A DNA stretch of 63,873 nucleotides, filler included, from Octopus bimaculoides (lineage: Eukaryota), in NCBI RefSeq assembly GCF_001194135.2. It is 5 parts of 4 records of this genome, joined end to end, with 100 filler letters (N's around TTAATTAATTAA, not from the genome) between each part and the next. Parts side by side here need not be neighbours in the genome. Positions count along the whole stretch, not along the records: positions 19,100 to 41,976 come from NC_068996.1; positions 42,077 to 56,164 come from NC_068989.1; 3 more parts are not named here. One strand, given 5' to 3'. The notes under the pieces are model-generated. The model ran no database searches. It was not told the DNA's origin and worked only from the letters and a program-made list of their open reading frames with translations. Every line of letters begins with the position of its first letter. Position 1 is the first letter of the stretch. A program made the translations under genes and the position numbers. Below are positions 39,150 through 51,294 of this stretch, piece by piece.

Positions 39150-39950
39150 AACCTAATCTTGAAGTTCTACATTGCATGTCACACCATGTCTTGAGAAATT
39201 ACTGTCATTTCCTTCAACAAAAAAGTAGCCTTCAGTTTATCCAGTGTGAATATGTGTGGTTTATTGATGGACACTTTCTCTTTGAGATAGCCCCAAAGGA
39301 AATAATCATTAGCCAAAAGGTCATTTCTATTAGCAGGCAAATGACATATCAGTAAACATGTNNNNNNNNNNNNNNNNNNNNNNNNNNNNNNNNNNNNNNN
39401 NNNNNNNNNNNNNNNNNNNNNNNNNNNNNNNNNNNNNNNNNNNNNNNNNNNNNNNNNNNNNNNNNNNNNNNNNNNNNNNNNNNNNNNNNNNNNNNNNNTT
39501 AATAATGTCCATGGAAGCTCTTGCTGGTCAGACAGTTGCATCAACTTCATTGAAACCATATCTGTTGTGCATTAATGCCATATCTATTCCATTTTGGTAA
39601 AAGGAAACTGTGCAACATTCATTATAACCATAAGCTGCCCTCTTCAAAGAAGTATAGGCTCATCACACCAAAGTTTCCTCACAACTCCAATCTATTACAT
39701 ATCTACATTGAAGAGGATACTCACTTAGTAGACAGCTGTATGATCAATAACAAAAATTCTGCTTATTTATGCAACCAGACAAAGAAATACATTTTGTTAT
39801 CTTTGAAAAGAAACATGTCCTCCTCTGTGCACATTTCAAGCATGTTTTCTGCAAATATTTTCTGGCTTTTCTAATTGTATTGATTTTATTTCTTGTGCAA
39901 TCATAATCTTTTAAGGATAAAAATTTAAATAAATATACAATATCCATTGC
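39150..39950 (-). mobile_element. Tc1/mariner transposase remnant
   Basis: Minus fragments CISLSGCINKQNFCY (cf. HFHLNGYVNKQNCRYW), YFFEE-like, WFQ…ARASMD, NDYFLWGYLKEKVSINKPH; interrupted by a gap. Confidence 0.75.
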
Positions 39951-40699
39951 AAGCTACAAATCTGAAATATTTAATGCAGAACAATGAAGATGGTTCACCA
40001 TAGCTCTCCTCATGACAGCTTCAACATTCTCTACTATATGGACACATCACACACAGCCTGCTAGTTTCTTTATCAATACTGAACAGATTAACCAGAAATT
40101 TTCTATTCATAACAATATCATAAGCACTTTTCCATGACAGCCTCCATTAAAATGCAACCTGAATTTTACAGCATTTGTATTACTAAGTCATCAATCTTAA
40201 AATGCATTTCAAACATGAAAGTACAATGTCATAAGCTCCTCTGCTCAAACCCATATCCCTATCAGTCAAGCAATTAGGTTTCCTGTTCTGGCATAGAATG
40301 TGACAAATTTAACTCTTCACCTCTGGGAGGTAGAAATCTGTTACAGCTATTGCTCATTTGGTCATCAAAGAATAGTCTGGCATTAGCGAGGATGGGTTAT
40401 CTCCCCTAGACCACCTATTTGTGGGGTGGGGGGGAATAAAGGATCTATCCCTTGGGTTGCTATTGGATCATAAGGGGAAACAGGGAATCCCATGCTTGCA
40501 GCAGGTAGCACTTGAAATGCATGCATGGTGTGAAGATTTCTTGGTGTGTATTCAGTGATCCAGGTTTCAGGGAGTCTTTGGTTATCCTAGCTCTGCATAA
40601 CTGCAAAGCTTGCAGGGTCCCGGATGATCTAAGATCTTCCATTTAATATCATATGCGTTCCCTTCATCTTTGAGGTGTCACACATAGCTGGCTAGGGAT

Positions 40700-41425
40700 G
40701 TGACGAATCATCTTTCTGGGACCCTGAAATCAGAAATCCACTTTGGAGGTTTTATTTTGATGACATCCTTGAACCATCAGTTGATATCTTCTCTTAAGCC
40801 TTCAAATGATTTGTACAGCTTGTGATGACATCAAAGGAAGGAGAGGGTTTTGTTTGGTTGCTAAAGAATGCAACCTCCCTCTTCTGAAGGAGCAGCTGCC
40901 AAAAGCTCAATTTAGTAATGAAAGTGTGAATTTTTTCCACACCTTCCACAACAGTGGCATTCTGCCTTGCAAAGTTTTATTCAGTTGGTTGACATGCAAA
41001 AACAGATTAGCCAAATAGAAAATTCTAGCTTTTGTATCATCTTCATTCATGGCTGAAAACAAGTCATTGGCCTTATCTTTGTTTTCTTGTGCATGCTTGC
41101 AATTTCATAAGATGGACGAAGGAAAGAACCATGCTTCACATTTCAGATAGACGAAGAAGGGAATTGCCTTTGGAAAGCCATTGAACATTGATGTGCATTA
41201 GCAGTGTCCAATGATCTTCGTTTGCACATAGTTTTTGAATAATTCAGTTGTGAAGGGCATGGGCTTTGATGGAAATTGACAGCTGAAACAGCAGCCTGTA
41301 ATGCCATCTCTATATGACTCAGATAAGCCTCAATGTGTTGAATGTAGGTTGATAATGACAAATGATTCCAAGCTCAATAGACATCAGCAAGTGCAGTGTC
41401 CTGGTTCTGCAGGTAAAGAGCACAG

Positions 41426-41430
<5 letters not shown>
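40700..41430 (-). mobile_element. hAT/Buster (ZBED5/8-like) transposase remnants
   Basis: Minus 41300 to 40900: VNF IKAH…LCANEDHWTLLMHINVQWLSKGNSLLRL, ANLFLHVNQLNKTLQG…IHTFITKLSFW. Plus 41301-41430: KPQCVECRLIMTND…SKLNRHQQ (BED-like N-terminus). Confidence 0.75.
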
Positions 41431-41466
<36 letters not shown>

Positions 41467-41822
41467 TAAATGTATATATTATTAGGATGTGGGTTGAAAG
41501 CAATCTAATTGCTACTTCTAGCAAGCCAAATGACCATGTAGAGGCCTCTTCCCTCGTTAAATAACTGGGTGTGACCCACAGATCTAGTGATCCAAATACA
41601 TTATACCTCAGTTTCTTCCTGGCACAAAACCAAACTACATTACATCTGTGTTAATTTTCTTCATAATCAAGTGTGCTACAACTCTTTTTGTAATCATCAT
41701 GACCCATTCCAATAGTTTAATACTATGTGTGCATGTAAGAATTTGAGAACCAAATTCTATAAGATAATACATATTTCTCTTTTGCTCAAATTATAATTTC
41801 GACTTCAAATCACTCATGTACT

Positions 41823-41874
<52 letters not shown>

Positions 41875-41876
41875 AC

Positions 41877-41909
<33 letters not shown>

Positions 41910-42099
41910 TGTATATATATCATCATCATCATCATCATTGTTTAACGTCCGCTTTCCATGCTAGCATGGGTTGGACNNNNNNNNNNNNNNNNNNNNNNNN
42001 NNNNNNNNNNNNNNNNNNNNTTAATTAATTAANNNNNNNNNNNNNNNNNNNNNNNNNNNNNNNNNNNNNNNNNNNNATATATATATATATACATATATA

Positions 42100-42876
42100 T
42101 ATACGTATACGTATATATGGTCCTTATATCTGGACTCATATAGTTCTACAGTCGAGGAAGCTGTTTAACACCAAACATAAAATTGATGGTGAAAAACACT
42201 CTCATTTCCGCAGTATTAGTTGGCTGCCATAGTAGATCGTTTCTGTTTCTTCCATGAACAGAAATTAAACGTTGCGCATATTTGTTTGTTTCCTTCGCAA
42301 CATTTTCAAAAAAACTTTCTGGTAAAAATAAAATAGATAGTCTAATGGTTGAGCATCAGGAGGTAAATTGTGTTGTGGACCAGTGTTTTCTGTAAAATCA
42401 GAAATAGTGTTTGGTGTTGTAATTTTTGACCATGTTGCCATGTTTACAATATCATTTTCATCACTTTCATTTTCATTACTATCGTTATCAAAATCTTCCT
42501 CGTCTGATGAATAATCACTAATATCAGATTCATCTAAAGACAAAATACTTTTGTTTTCATTTATATTTCCTATATCATCAACTGTAAATCCTTCAAAGTC
42601 GGAATCGCTACTTGCTGACGCCATTTCTTTCACAACCAAGGTAAACACTTCTCTTCAAACGTTCAAAAAACCATGTGGTCTAAACAATTTCACAGTATTT
42701 ATACTTGAATAAAGGTGGGAAAGGCTTCATCTTGCATTATCTCAAAGCTATGAGAATTCAATAACATGATTTGTTTATTTTTTTAGCAATTTCGTAGAGC
42801 TTTCGGATACAGCTGGCTTGAACAAATAAAGGGGAATTAATTTTGGCCAGTTATGACCGATTTGAACACTATAGGG
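42100..42876 (-). mobile_element. piggyBac transposon 5' part
   Basis: Terminus TTAA|CCCTATAG… (TTAA at 42877-42880); acidic N-terminus followed by FTENTGPQHNLPPDAQPLDY, then WQPTNTAEMRVFF…; truncated at a gap. Confidence 0.85.
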
Positions 42877-42959
42877 TTAAATGTTAGGCAGCATGTAAAA
42901 TTGAATTGTCAGACTTAGGTGTGTGTGCCAGCCCCACTCACTCTTTAGGCCAGATCAAA

Positions 42960-45849
42960 GGCGGTTCGCAGTATGAGTCAGTAACCATTTTTTTGAGACC
43001 CATAAATCAACAGAAAAGGTCTATATGGTCTGTTTGCAATAAAATCTTCAGCCATGCAGAAACCTGTGAAATTTTTTAACTGCATAAATAATTGCTAGGG
43101 CCTCCTTTTCAATTTGACTATATCTCCTATCTGCTGCTATTAGCAAGCATGAAGTCTTCATATTTACGAAGTAGAACTGCATCTAATCCATGCTCAGAAA
43201 CATCAGATGCTACAATGATGTCCAATTTGGGATCATAATGTACTAATGACAGGTATGAGGTTAGAATTTTTTCTATTTCTTCAAAAGTGTTCTGGTATTT
43301 AGTGGACCAATTCTACTTTACTTCTTTTTTTAATAAGTTGTTTTTAAAAAAAATGACTTATTAAAAGTTTTATTAAAAAACTACTACCAAAACAACATTC
43401 CTAATATGCACAAGTTAAGACTTGTGCATATTAGGAATGTAGTTTTGGTAGTAGTTTGCCAGTCCAAGAAATGCTTGTGAAGTTGGAATATTTGTCAACA
43501 CAGGCATATTCCTTCTTGCGTCTGCCCTCGACGGGTCAGGATATCAACCACTTTTATCAATTATTTGCCCTAAGTACTTAATTTGGGGTAGAAAAAAATT
43601 TGCATTTTTCTTCACTCAAAGTGAACCCAAAATCTTTAATTTCTTTAAATACAGCTTTTATGTGTTCCACATGCTGTTCATGAGAATTACTCTTGATAAA
43701 AATATTGTCCAAGTAAGGAATTCAAATTCACAATCAGATAACACAGCATCCATGATTTGCTGAAATATTGCCAGTGCAACCTGTAATCCAAAAGGCAACC
43801 AGGTATATCTGTACAATCCTCTGTGTGTATTTATAGCTAAATACTTTGAGCACTTTTCATTTACTTTTATCTGTGAATAGGCTTCAGACAGATCTAATTT
43901 TTCCACCATTTAACTTTGAAAAAACGTCCCCTGCAGTCGGGAGTGGATGGTGGTATGTTTTTAAGCAGTCATTCAATCCTGTAGAGAAATTGGCACACAG
44001 CCTAATCTTTTTTTTTTTTTAATACATACCGTGGGGGCCGCCCACTTCGAGTAATCCACCCATTTTAGACTCCACTCCTTTTGAGTTTGTTCAACTCTTC
44101 GTTTATAGTTTCAATTGCCGTGAACGGAACTTTTCTGTTTGATTTAAATATAGGTACAGCGTTTTCACTTACTTGAAAATAGGTCTTTCTACATAGACCT
44201 AAATCCTGATAACATTTGCAGGAACATTTTTTCAATTTTTTCTTCAGTTCTTCTGAAGACATGTTTTTAACAGGACAACCATTTATGTTATTGCAGTAAA
44301 GATTCATGGGGAGGTGCCATAAATTGAATAGTTCTAACCAATCTGTGCCAAACAGATTGATTGTATTATCCACAACGAATAATTTTGATTCACATGTCTC
44401 TCTTCGAAATATGACACTAATGCATGTTTTGCCCATGAAATGTAATTTATTGCCCATTACACCACATGCTATTTTCGCTGTTGTACGTAATCTCGGTTAA
44501 CCAATTTTTTTCGAAGTATCCACATTTATAATCAAGATGTCACTACCTGTGTCTAACTGTAATTTGGTATTCACATCATTTATTTTTATGTCCACAAATT
44601 TTCTTGTTTTTCCGTCGCAATCACTCTCTGCTGAAAACACCTTAGGACTTTTTGAGTTTGAGCCTTGTAGTCTTGTTACAATGAGAACTCCTGTGTCCCA
44701 GCTTCTGACAACTATAGCATATTTTATTTTTAAACGGACAATCCTTTTTGTAGTGTAGGCCTCCACAACCATAACACAGATTAGGGCCTGACACTTTTCT
44801 TTTATTGTGCTTCCCGGGACGATGCATTTGAGTTTTTGCAGGGTCTTTATCTTGTATTTTTTTCACGTCATAGTCTGACATTCTTCTGCGATGATCTGTA
44901 GAGATAAATCCTGGTTCGCTTGCTCCATTTTCGAGAAAATCCTTGCCTGAATTTCTCTATCTTCAGATGCTATAAGTCCTTGCACGAAGATAAGAGATTT
45001 GAACATATTCTGAGTGACATACTGGAGTTTGAAATTTTCACACATGCGGCTGACTACTCTGGTGCGGGTGATAAAATCTTCCTCTTCATTTTTTATTAAG
45101 TTCCAACACTCCATTCTGGTGTTGAATAATGAACTTCTATCACAACAAATTTTTGTAAACAGTTCCACAGTTTCTTGGAAACCAATCTCACTCAACTTTT
45201 GGGCAGAATAAAGTTACAGTAACACTCATGTTCAGCAGCTGCTACCTTGCGCAGTAAAAGCCTTACTTTCTGCTCCTCTGACCATGACTTGCTCTCGTTA
45301 AAAATTTCATCGTATCTTCTATAATATGTGGGAAATGTAATACTCTCCTCTGGATTATATGTAAATTCAGAAATTGTGTTAGCTACGCCATCTGGTGTAA
45401 ACAAGCTTACTGGATTTTTAGACTTCACCAACTGCAATTCAATTACTTGTTGTAGTATTTGCATTTGCAATTCCTGTAGTTGTTCCTGTTGCTTCGCTTG
45501 AAGCTGTACTGCTGTGGCTAATAGGTTTTCCATGATGCAGAAATTGTCAAATAACCATTGTGAATTTCGAACGATCCTTGTCGCCAGATGTTATATCCTT
45601 ATGGATAAATGAATACATTGCAACAGTGAAATAACAATATAATCGAAACAAATGGCAGTAACCAAACCGAATGTAGCAGCAATCTTTTAAGAACCAACAA
45701 TCCAACACACTAACTGGAACTGTAAACTTTGAACAATCAACACACAAACTGTGGAACTAGCACGAACTGCTCACTTACTCAGACTATTACTAATGATACG
45801 TAGTGGTCCAGTCCATTCTTGCCAGGGGGCATCATACTCTCATACAACA
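42960..45849 (-). mobile_element. Mag-like gypsy element: 5' LTR, tRNA-Ser-like PBS, gag, PR, RT, RH (integrase absent)
   Basis: LTR 45589-45849 (TGTTG…TAACA); PBS TGGCGACAAGGAT at 45574-45586 (one mismatch to the tRNA-Ser(GCT) complement TGGCGACGAGGAT); gag 45192-45533; knuckles CYGCGGLHYKKDC / CYSCQKLGHRSSHC; LDTGSD; KLDLSEAYSQ; RNase H KKFHRFLHG. Same lineage as 12670-16321. Confidence 0.9.
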
Positions 45850-46828
45850 CAAGCCAAAGAGTCAACACACCAAGGAAGGTAAAGTCATTTAAATAAGCAG
45901 GACAATTGATATTTCAATGATGTTATGCAAAGCACAAACAGATAACCCCATCATCATCATATAATGTCCGTTTTCCACGCTGACATGGCTTAGCTGGTTT
46001 GACAGGAGCTGGCCAGCTGAAGAGCTGCCTAGGATCCATGCCTGTTTGGCATGGTTTCTATGGCTGGATGTCCTTCATAATGCCAACCACCCAGTTTTGT
46101 TTAAATTTTTCTAAATACTTAATCAGAAGAGAAATAGCCATGCCCATTGCAGTACCTCCTGGTGGAGTGGAAAGCGAGAAAAAAAGAAAAAGGATGTCTT
46201 ATCGGTTAACTTCAAATTGAAGATGTGTTCTGAATATTTGTATCAGAGTGGACTTTGATAAAGGTACCCCAAAGCCAGATGTTGGTGTTGAATTGAACAA
46301 TGAAAGCTCATCCAATGGGCTTCCACACAGTTCCCATCTACTCAATTTTTCTCAAGGCTTTGATGACCCGAGGCTAGACTGAGGACACTTGCCCAAGGAA
46401 CTGAGCAGTGGGATCAAACTTGAAACCATACAATTTCAAAATGAACATCTAAACCACACAACAACATCATTCCCCATTGATGTTGAACGGATGTAGGTTC
46501 AATTCTCCTTATGTCTCCTTGAGATCTACATTTACACTCAGTTTAGAATACATAAACGTGTTCTGTTCTGTTTTGTCTTATTGTAATTCTTCATTGCTAT
46601 TTTTTAAAACCTTTTCTATAAAAATGAATATTAAGGTCAAGATGAAAAAGTGGTGGTGCTATAATGGAAATAGACTGTCATAACATATAAGTTCACAAGT
46701 AGTACAATGTTACCCACTTCATGATTAAATAGTTGCTAATGAAATTTTTTTTAAAATCAACTCTGAAAAGATTTTTCACAAATAGAAATTTGAGATTTTA
46801 TGAAATAATTTCAAAATTGTAAACTAAC

Positions 46829-46925
46829 CAACAATGTTTTCAAAAACTTCTTCAGAAACCGGGGACATTCCTCTCAACTTTTGTCTCAAGTTATACAAAT
46901 GCCAGTCTGATCGAAAATGTTCTTT
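46829..46925 (-). CDS. ANKZF1: ANKZF1/Vms1 homologue, coding exon 3: KEHFRSDWHLYNLRQKLRGMSPVSEEVFENIV(G)
   Basis: Acceptor atatctatag|AAA, donor G|gttagt; phase 0 to 1; 97 nt. Matches human [29 protein letters not shown] and completes the C2H2 zinc finger. Confidence 0.9.
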
Positions 46926-47299
46926 CTATAGATATTAACAAAAAGAAATACATGAATTAAAAAGAGCACAATTTATTACAAAACAGATTTTGATTTAAAA
47001 AAACGAATTAAACTCCTAAACACACATACAAGTGTATAGATGTTGCATCTTGTCTTTCCTTTTCATTTTCTCTCTCTTCCTCACTTTTCTCCAATGAAAA
47101 ACTCAAGTCCAAAATGTTAAAAATACATTTCTATTTTTTTTTTTTATCCAAGCCTGAAACAAATAACAACAGCTTTTATCTTGTCTTTCTTGTCCTTTGT
47201 TTTTGTTATTTCAATTTTACCATTACACACATGCACATTATTTCTTGCAAACTTGTTTAAACATATTTTTCCATTCTTTATATGTATTACACAGGTCTG

Positions 47300-48450
47300 C
47301 AGTATAGTGCATCAACATACTTCCTGATTCAACAGTAACATTCTTAGATCAAACCTCACAACCTCTTGCTAATTAATCCTTGATTTGCTTTTTTAACCAA
47401 TGCCCTCTACTGTCAGAACATGGAGCTTATTTTCCCAGTAATGTGATCCATTTACATCACATGTCCATATCAGTAGAGCCATCTCTCTTGTATGCTTTAG
47501 TTAATGCCATTAACATCCAGATACTCTCTCACTTGGTCTGTCTTTCATACAAATTAATACTGTATATTCTACAAACCAGAGCCCTGTGTGGCTAATAAAG
47601 AAATCCATCTTAACACATTCTAGTTCAGCTGACATAACTTTTCTACATTCAATGTCTATGTCACTTTCATGCAGCAAGACACTATATATGTATGCATTAT
47701 ATATTATCTGGCACAGAGACAAACCTTTTTATTGCTAACAAAGCTAACAACTCCCCATACCTTTCTTTAATTATTTTACACTCACTATATCTCCAGCAGT
47801 AAACCAGTTCCCCAGCTAGAAGAAACTATCAACTACAACAACTTCTACAAACAAGCTATCTAGACAGTTCATATACATTATCTGATGCCCCTACTGGTTA
47901 TATCTATTTAGCACTTGTAAAAATCTTGGCTTCTAGAGTTCCTACTGCACAAGTGCTTGTACTGAATACACTGTATTGTGATCCTACTTATTCCCATTTC
48001 ACATACTGTGCAATGACAATGCCCAGATGCTACTGGGAATTTGCACTCGCTGTTACAAAATAGGACTTTTATCTTTGCCATGTTAACTTAATTATTCTTG
48101 TCACTCATAACATTTTCTACATCACTTCAAGAGATTCTGAAATGAGGACCAATTTGTCAGCATATAAAAATTCTTAAGTGCATCCAATCTTAAATTATCT
48201 ATGTTTATTCCTTCATAAACTATATCGAAAAGGTTGTAAACCATGCTCTGTTCAACATCAAATTCCTCATGCAAATCACTAACAAATTTCTCTATACAAC
48301 TCACACTGCTCTCACAAGCTTTTCCTCTATAGCTAATGTTCTCAGTGGTCTATACACTACAGAATATTTCAAAGGACTTTTCTAAGTCCTCAAAGACAAA
48401 GAAAGATGTTTGTTCTGAGCTAAAAACTAGAGCAGCTACTTAATAATAGC
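47300..48450 (-). mobile_element. Ancient RTE LINE fragment in ANKZF1 intron 2
   Basis: Relic motifs FVFEDLEKSFE (cf. AFVDLEKAFD), LHEEFDVEQ, VVVVDSFF, YNAYIYSVLLHES (cf. YDACVRTAMLHGSE). Confidence 0.75.
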
Positions 48451-48603
48451 TCCCCAGTCAGTACTAAAGTAATGTAATTTCAATAAACTGCTGCTGATCA
48501 GATAATAAGAAGGTTTATAACTATATACTTCTAAATCATTCTCTTAACTTATACATTGCAATTATAAAATATAAAGCTTCACTTAAATGACATGTTGCAG
48601 TAC

Positions 48604-48695
48604 CTGCTCTTGCAAATTCTGGAATTTTAATGAGCACAAGCTACAACTGGTGCTGCTGTTAGCCACAGTCAAAACAGATTTGAAACTGGATGCAT
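48604..48695 (-). CDS. ANKZF1: ANKZF1 coding exon 2: (D)ASSFKSVLTVANSSTSCSLCSLKFQNLQEQ
   Basis: Acceptor ttttcaattttcag|AT, donor CAG|gtactg; phase 1 to 0; 92 nt. CSLCSLKFQNLQEQ matches human CSTCDQTFQNHQEQ. Confidence 0.9.
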
Positions 48696-49026
48696 CTGAA
48701 AATTGAAAATAATTTGTTAAGTATTTTAATACTTTGTAAGCTTTTTCCTTACAAGTTTAACCAAAAATTTCCTTCCTAGAATTAAACAAAGAACTTCCTA
48801 TGTTAGAAAAAAATTTGCTTTTTTACATATAGTCAACAAAATACTTATTTGTCTGGCAAGAAATAAAATTTGCAATTTATTATATTAGAAGTGTTTGAGA
48901 AATTAAAAAAATTTAGTTATCTTAGTACATTTATTTTGTTAAATACTTCTATTAGGTCCTTTGAAGTTACTTAAAATATATTAAAGCAGTTTGATAAATA
49001 AGCACTAACATGTAAAATTCTAAAAG

Positions 49027-49144
49027 ATCACAGACAGCAAACTGTAAATCAACCAATTTAGCTCTGACTTGATTTGTGTGATAAAATAGACAATTGGAGT
49101 AACTCTTGGAATTTGTCATTCTTTCTGTCATTTTTCAAGAAAGC
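49027..49144 (-). pseudogene. Diverged intronic duplicate of the 5' half of ANKZF1 exon 1
   Basis: KSYSNCLFYHTNQVRAKLVDLQFAVCD versus QSYSSCPLYQVDQVKAKLVGLQLAACD; 17 mismatches in 82 nt by manual count, no indels; preceded by acceptor ggtttcaccttttag. Confidence 0.8.
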
Positions 49145-50105
49145 TAAAAGGTGAAACCAAATATTGTAAATTACAAAATTTGATTTTCATGATTCATAAA
49201 TAACAAATTTTTCACTAGGTATTAGTTTCTGTAAATAATTCAACTGAATTGATCCAATTTACTTGTTTTCCTAGTGAAGCTGAATTAAAAGTCAACTCAG
49301 AACTGAATAGGGTAACACTAGATTAAAAATTTAGTTTGACATTCCATTGTCTTATCTATCTCATCCTCTTCTATATTATTTTACTAGGTGAGGTACCCTG
49401 GAATAAATTACCGTTAATAAGATGTCTGTTTACAGCCATGAAACATTTTGCGTCAAATTTCAACATTTTTCATAAATTTAAAATCTATATTAATGAGAAG
49501 CACCAATTTGATGAAAAAATGAGCAGAGTCTGGTAGCGAACCTGTGATGTCGTCATTTTTGTGCATGTGCATAAAATGGTGAAATTTTATGCTTTGGGGC
49601 AGATTTCGTCAAATTGATATCATGACAGCTAGTGCAGGAAATGCCTAAATTTTGCGTGAGAAATAAAATGCTCTTAATTAATCAAAACCTGAAACGCTTT
49701 GGAATTAAAATAACGAATTGAAATAATAAGTTTTAGCAAATCAAAACAATTCGCATTGAAATGAAGAATTAGCAAATGCTAAACAGATTACTGTTAATAA
49801 GCTGTCTGTTTATACCCATGAAACATTTTTCGTCAAATCGATGTCATGATGGCTAGTGCGAAAAATGCAGAAATTTTATGATTTTTGAAAAATCAATGCT
49901 GATTAAAAATCAATTTTTTAAAATATTCCAAATGCGTAAGTGACCACATGGGCATAAGCCCCACCACATGTGTCAAGTTTTATCAAGGTCAAACTTGCCA
50001 TTTATTATTATAGATATTATAGATAACAATAGGGATAATACTCAAAGATTATTACAAAACATTTACCTTGTAAGGCAAATACATAAAAAGAAATTTTTAA
50101 TTTAC

Positions 50106-50313
50106 CTGACTCAGATATTTCAGTATAAAGCTCTTGGAAAACAGATTCTGATGAAGATGTACCAATGAAACAGCTCTGATTAATGGAAGGATCACATGCT
50201 GCCAACTGTAAACCAACTAATTTAGCTTTAACTTGGTCTACTTGATACAATGGACAACTGGAGTAACTCTGAGGTTCTCCTTTTGTCAGTTTTCGATAAT
50301 CAGTTGACATTAC
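50106..50313 (-). CDS. ANKZF1: ANKZF1 first visible coding exon: (V)MSTDYRKL…SCPLYQVDQVKAKLVGLQLAAC…YTEISES(D)
   Basis: Acceptor tttctttaatccag|GTA, ATG at 50310-50308, donor G|gtaaat; 208 nt; phase 1 fits exon 2. PLYQ…LVGLQL parallels human SISLFDL…FQGLSL. Confidence 0.82.
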
Positions 50314-51294
50314 CTGGATTAAAGAAACGGTACATTTCATACAAAATAATATAGTAAATAAATAAAGCTGTCAAAGCTAAACCAAGAAGTATTAATGCCA
50401 GGCTTTAAGAAGTTAGCTAGAAAAGACAAATCAGTTTAACTTATACCCTCATTAAAATGGGATAAATAGATAATGAGAGAATGGTAAATTATTTATCCAA
50501 TCCATAACAACTGTATATGTAAAGATTGATACAAAATATGGTAAGCTCCAATATTCTAACAGGGAACTTTGGTGTAATTCAAAGTTGAAGCGTTTTTTTT
50601 ATTAAATCAGGCAATGAATAAGTGCTATAAAAACGTCTAGCAATGACCAACTGAATACATACTTTAGACATATGTGTATTACTTTAAACATTTTCATATA
50701 GTGTAATTTTAGATATAGATATTTTTTAAAATATTTTTTACCTCTGACATTAATTTCAAATATTTAGCAGGTGCTTATAGATAGTAAGAAAGAATATGAC
50801 TTAGAGGGTAAATTAATGGAGTATCAATTAACAGGTTCCTAATTAAAATCTTCAAGTGTTTCATCATACTACACGATAAGACAACATTACATTGCCTCGC
50901 TTTAACTAATATAGGCACGCCTTTTTGAAAAAGTTGCCTACAATTCATGAGCAGGAAAAATTTAATTTTCAATCATTCATGCAAATGAAAGCAGTGTCTT
51001 GTATCAAACTGATTAATTCTTGTGATTTATAAAATAGTAACTTCAACTGTATCACAGTAAACTGTGTTTTGTACTCATGAGAAAGAAACAGTATGGTTTC
51101 CAAAAGAATTGGCCAGCAGAATAAAATGTACAGCGAACTCTTGATTTATCAGTTAACATGATATATTCACATCTTAATACTTAATATAAGAGATGCCTGC
51201 AAAGTTCATAGTCTAACCAAGAAACTCTCATGGAATGTGACCAAATGAGGTTTATTTTTGCAACTTAGTCCCCCGTTGCAGTCCACACACTTCA

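Noticed and set aside
46470-46615. Good acceptor (ttcatttttatag) after ANKZF1 exon 3 giving (E)KVLKNSNEELQ*
   Set aside because: No similarity to the expected D.SSISGS block, multiple stops and no donor. It could only be a short terminal exon, for which there is no evidence.
48122-48349. Open frame TTENISY…SFQNLLK* as a possible ANKZF1 exon
   Set aside because: It lies within an ancient RTE RT remnant; the true next exon is 46829-46925, which completes the zinc finger.
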